From: a virus
DNA: 25,047 bases
Virus record (IMG/VR): IMGVR_UViG_3300009678_000043
Coordinates: 1 to 25,047 of that record
Direction: 5' to 3' (one strand)
In this document: positions 22,901-25,047 of the stretch, in pieces
Numbering within the stretch: position 1 is the stretch's first letter
Layout: each line of letters begins with the position of its first letter
Notes under the pieces: generated by a model
The model's input: the letters and a program-made list of their open reading frames with translations, nothing else
Databases searched by the model: none
What the model was told of the DNA's origin: nothing
Made by a program: the position numbers and the translations under genes

Positions 22901-23098
22901 ATGCCGGCCGATCTCCCGGTGTGGCTCAAGTGTCCGGGCTGCAAGCTGGTCTGGCACGCCGCCACGATTCGGCCGGGGACGTACTGGGCGAAGGGCTCGA
23001 CGCCGGAACGGGTGGCGCTCGAGGTCCATTGTCCCCGCTGCCAGCATCGGCCGCCGATGGAGCAAGCGGAGGTCCGTGAGTTCGAGGTCGATGCATGA
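22901..23098 (+). CDS. Small zinc-ribbon protein, 65 aa
   Basis: CPGC ... CPRC. High G/C third-position bias. ATGA overlap with the next gene. Confidence 0.6.
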   Translation: MPADLPVWLKCPGCKLVWHAATIRPGTYWAKGSTPERVALEVHCPRCQHRPPMEQAEVREFEVDA

Positions 23099-23322
23099 CG
23101 GGACCGATTCCGAAGGTGACGTGCCCGATCTGTGGCGGCGAGTACGCCCGCCGCCTCAACGGGACGCCGTACGCCCACACCTGCCACGATGGCCAATCGC
23201 CGCCGTCGGTGGCGAAGCGTCGTCGCTGCGGCCGGTGCGGGCTGTTTCTGTCCAGCACCCCGACCGTCCACTGCCCCAAATGTCAGACCGTCTGGGCGGC
23301 GCTCTCGGCGAGGACGCATTGA
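23095..23322 (+). CDS. Small zinc-ribbon protein, 75 aa
   Basis: CPICGG ... CGRCG ... CPKC. Confidence 0.65.
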   Translation: MTGPIPKVTCPICGGEYARRLNGTPYAHTCHDGQSPPSVAKRRRCGRCGLFLSSTPTVHCPKCQTVWAALSARTH

Positions 23323-23612
23323 GCGCGTTCCTCTTCGTCCTCGGCGTGTTTGCGGCGACGGCCACGACGGATGTCTTGAGCTCGCATTACCTCTTAGCGG
23401 ATCCGGCGTTTCAAGAAGTCGGCTTTAGTCCGTTCTCGAACCGGACGGCGAATACCGCGGTGAAGCTCGGCCTGGGCGGCGTCACGTCCTACGCCTTGTA
23501 TCGCGTCTACGAGAAACGGCCGCGGGTGGCGTGGGTGCTAACGGTGGTGCTGCTCGCGGTCGAAGCGATCGCCGTGTTCCGGAACGTGCGGTTCATCGAG
23601 CAAAGGAAGTGA
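23319..23612 (+). CDS. Three-TM membrane protein, about 97 aa (holin-like topology; function unknown)
   Basis: TTG 23319 overlaps the previous stop (TTGA). Hydrophobic segments: SAFLFVLGVFAATATT, VKLGLGGVTSYALY, VAWVLTVVLLAVEAIAVF. It is the only credible part of track ORF 22776..23612. Confidence 0.55.
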   Translation: MSAFLFVLGVFAATATTDVLSSHYLLADPAFQEVGFSPFSNRTANTAVKLGLGGVTSYALYRVYEKRPRVAWVLTVVLLAVEAIAVFRNVRFIEQRK

Positions 23613-23869
23613 TGCCGGCACTAATACTGGTACCGCAAGCTCAGACGACGAAGCGAAGTGCGATAGGAACGGCTCAAATGTTCCTACATAACCGGATCTG
23701 CGAGTGTGGGTCCTGGGTACAAGATCACTCGAGCGACTCTCTGATCAAGGCGGGGTTTTTAGAGGCAGTGGTTCGCGCGCTGCGATGGTGCCCAGTAAGT
23801 CCGCCCGTCGCCTGCCGCCGATTCCGGCCTGTCACGTTTAAGGTCACTCGAGAGAAACAGGCCAGATGA
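23612..23869 (+). CDS. Hypothetical protein, 85 aa, in a lower-GC island
   Basis: ATG follows AAGGAAG and overlaps the previous stop (TGATG). Its stop overlaps the HNH ATG (ATGA). Third-position G/C is only about 60% by hand count, so coding status is less secure. Confidence 0.4.
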   Translation: MPALILVPQAQTTKRSAIGTAQMFLHNRICECGSWVQDHSSDSLIKAGFLEAVVRALRWCPVSPPVACRRFRPVTFKVTREKQAR

Positions 23870-24201
23870 TGCCGGATCGTGCCCCGCACTTCTGCGTCGT
23901 GCCTGGCTGCCCCGAGCTCGCCACCAAGCGCCGCTGTCGCACGCATAGCGTGGCGCGCGAACACGAGCGCCCCAACTACGCCACCCGCCGCTGGTACCGC
24001 ACCCCCCCCTGGCGCGCCCTACGCGCCCAGATCCTACGGGCCCAGGGGTACCAGTGCGCCGAGTGCAAACAGGTGGTCGCCGCCCTCGAGATCGATCACA
24101 TCGCGAAGCATGACGGGGATCCGCGACGCTTCTGGGACCGCGCCAACTTACAAGCGCTCTGTCGGAGTTGTCATCAACGCAAGACGCAACGAGGAGAATG
24201 A
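23866..24201 (+). CDS. HNH endonuclease (terminase-associated, HK97 gp74-like)
   Basis: CAEC ... EIDHIAKHDGD ... NLQALCRSCHQRKT gives the HNH motif plus Cys pairs. It sits just upstream of the packaging genes. Confidence 0.85.
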   Translation: MMPDRAPHFCVVPGCPELATKRRCRTHSVAREHERPNYATRRWYRTPPWRALRAQILRAQGYQCAECKQVVAALEIDHIAKHDGDPRRFWDRANLQALCRSCHQRKTQRGE

Positions 24202-24422
24202 TGGCGAAGGAACCTCCTATCACGATGGCGGAGATCCTCGAGGCGATGCGCCGCTACGGCGGGTCGTTCATCGTCGCGTGGGCACAGCTCTATATCGTCG
24301 CAGACGTGAAGAATCAAACACGGTTAGAACTGGCGTTTACTGACGAGATCATTCGGTATGAAGAGATCGTGCGACAACATCGGGCGATCCAGAAACGTGG
24401 CGAGATCCAGGAGCCTGGGTAA
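24198..24422 (+). CDS. Small conserved phage protein, 74 aa (occupies the usual terS position but shows no terS features)
   Basis: ATG ATG at 24198/24201 follows GAGGAG and overlaps the HNH stop. MAEILEAMRRYGGSFIVAWAQLYIVADVKNQTRLELAF resembles a recurrent small phage protein of unknown function (from memory). Confidence 0.6.
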   Translation: MMAKEPPITMAEILEAMRRYGGSFIVAWAQLYIVADVKNQTRLELAFTDEIIRYEEIVRQHRAIQKRGEIQEPG

Positions 24423-24465
24423 ATGGAAACATGGCGAGATCCGGAGACATGGGACGAACCTGGGT
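24398..24465 (+). repeat. Direct repeats TGGCGAGATCC (24398, 24432) and CCTGGGT (24414, 24459) upstream of terL
   Basis: A perfect 11-mer occurs twice, 34 nt apart, and each copy is followed by CCTGGGT. The block spans the end of the 74-aa gene and the 125-nt gap before terL. Confidence 0.5.
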
Positions 24466-24547
24466 GGATGGGGGGAGTCAAAAAGTTGAAAGTGGACACT
24501 CGCGCAAACCACCCCGGCCACACGTAGAGCTTTTGCCTAGGTGAACT

Positions 24548-25047
24548 ATGCCTGACTCCCCGGTGATCGAGATGAAACGCGATCGTCGAGGGGCGTGGAA
24601 CCGGAACGCACCCACTCGCCACGATGGCCCGACGCAGCCGCCGGCGCCCCCGCAAGACCCGATCGCCTTCATTAACCGGCTGACCCATACCAAGGGCCAA
24701 TTCGCCGGCCAGACGTTCCGTCTGCGGCCCTGGCAGATCCGGATCTTGAAGCGGCTGTTCAAGAAACGGCGCGATGGGCTGCGCCAGTACCGGACGTGCC
24801 TGCTCATGCTCGCTAGGAAGAACGGCAAGACGGAGCTCGCCGCGGCGATTGCGCTGTACGGCTTACTCGCGGACGGCGAGATGGGCGGCGAAGTCTACTC
24901 AGCCGCCGCGGATCGTGACCAGGCCGGGCTGGTGTTTGGCGTCGCTGCCCAGATGGTCCGGAACGATCCGGATCTCGACGCGGCGTGCTACATCGTCGAG
25001 TCGCAGAAGAAGATTGTCCATCGCGCGAGTGGCAGCTTTTACCGCGC
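24548..25047 (+). CDS. terL: Terminase large subunit, N-terminal part (runs off the window end; continues at 124..1231)
   Basis: ATG 24548 directly follows an in-frame TGA (24542-24544). FRLRPWQIRILKRLF ... LLMLARKNGKTELAAAIALYGLLADGEMGGEVYSAAADRDQAGLVF gives a Walker A-like KNGKT. It is absent from the ORF track because there is no stop in the window. The joined length is about 535 aa. Confidence 0.9.
   Translation, partial: MPDSPVIEMKRDRRGAWNRNAPTRHDGPTQPPAPPQDPIAFINRLTHTKGQFAGQTFRLRPWQIRILKRLFKKRRDGLRQYRTCLLMLARKNGKTELAAAIALYGLLADGEMGGEVYSAAADRDQAGLVFGVAAQMVRNDPDLDAACYIVESQKKIVHRASGSFYR
24925..25047. repeat. Terminal overlap, copy 2 (identical to 1..123)
   Basis: Direct comparison with the window start. 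Confidence 0.95.

Larger units (their letters stand above)
1..24924 (+). mobile_element. Complete circular (or circularly permuted) temperate siphovirus-like phage genome, HK97-type head module, 24,924-bp unit
   Basis: The 123-nt end overlap closes the circle. The window holds full packaging, head, tail, integration, immunity and early modules. An attP-like tRNA fragment lies next to a tyrosine integrase. Confidence 0.85.

Noticed and set aside
24198-24422. Calling the 74-aa ORF between HNH and terL the small terminase subunit.
   Set aside because: Only its position supports this. It is too short and shows none of the DNA-binding or oligomerisation patterns of the terS families I know. It is left as a conserved hypothetical protein.
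24423-24527. 34-codon ORF METWRDPETWDEPGWMGGVKKLKVDTRANHPGHT in the gap before terL.
   Set aside because: It is very short, has no RBS, and its apparent ETW-D-P/E repeat merely reflects the DNA direct repeats. The region is more likely a non-coding recognition site.
1-25047. CRISPR arrays, a retron or DGR reverse transcriptase, transposases or IS elements, rRNA genes.
   Set aside because: There are no regularly spaced repeat-spacer arrays, no RT or transposase motifs in any supported ORF, and no rRNA-like sequence. The only repeats are the ones listed.

Overview
The window is one complete, circularly closed genome of a small, high-GC temperate siphovirus-like phage with an HK97-type head. 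The first 123 nt (1..123) are identical to the last 123 nt (24925..25047), so the unit length is 24,924 bp. The large terminase gene is split across the window ends: it starts at ATG 24548 and stops at 1231.

Layout:
- Plus-strand late operon: HNH endonuclease, a small conserved protein, TerL, an RHH protein, a 2-TM membrane protein, a fused prohead protease-scaffold-major capsid gene, portal, head-tail connector, head closure protein, gp10-like protein, major tail protein, tail chaperones G/GT with a -1 slippery site, tape measure, three tail-tip/fibre genes and one unknown.
- attP: a 50-nt 3' fragment of tRNA-Ala(CGC) flanked by 15-bp arm-type direct repeats.
- Minus-strand six-gene operon ending in a tyrosine integrase. 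It appears to be transcribed as a leaderless mRNA and begins with a 52-aa ORF that is absent from the supplied ORF track.
- A visibly lower-GC three-gene cassette (RHH protein, double-HTH protein, ParB/Srx-like protein) with its own promoter and terminator.
- A divergent cI-like/Cro-like immunity switch.
- A plus-strand early operon: excisionase-like HTH, replication organiser-like protein, ERF recombinase, DUF1064 nuclease, a lipoprotein, several small membrane proteins and an unusual number of small zinc-ribbon proteins.

I found no rRNA gene, no complete tRNA gene, no CRISPR array and no transposase.

The best candidate for an undescribed system is the low-GC RHH/HTH/ParB-like cassette (16286..18228). 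Other notable points:
- a frame break in the repressor gene
- the protease-capsid fusion and the non-canonical head gene order
- no recognisable endolysin or small terminase

All family assignments come from motif recognition by eye. No database search was run. GC statements are hand counts or visual estimates.
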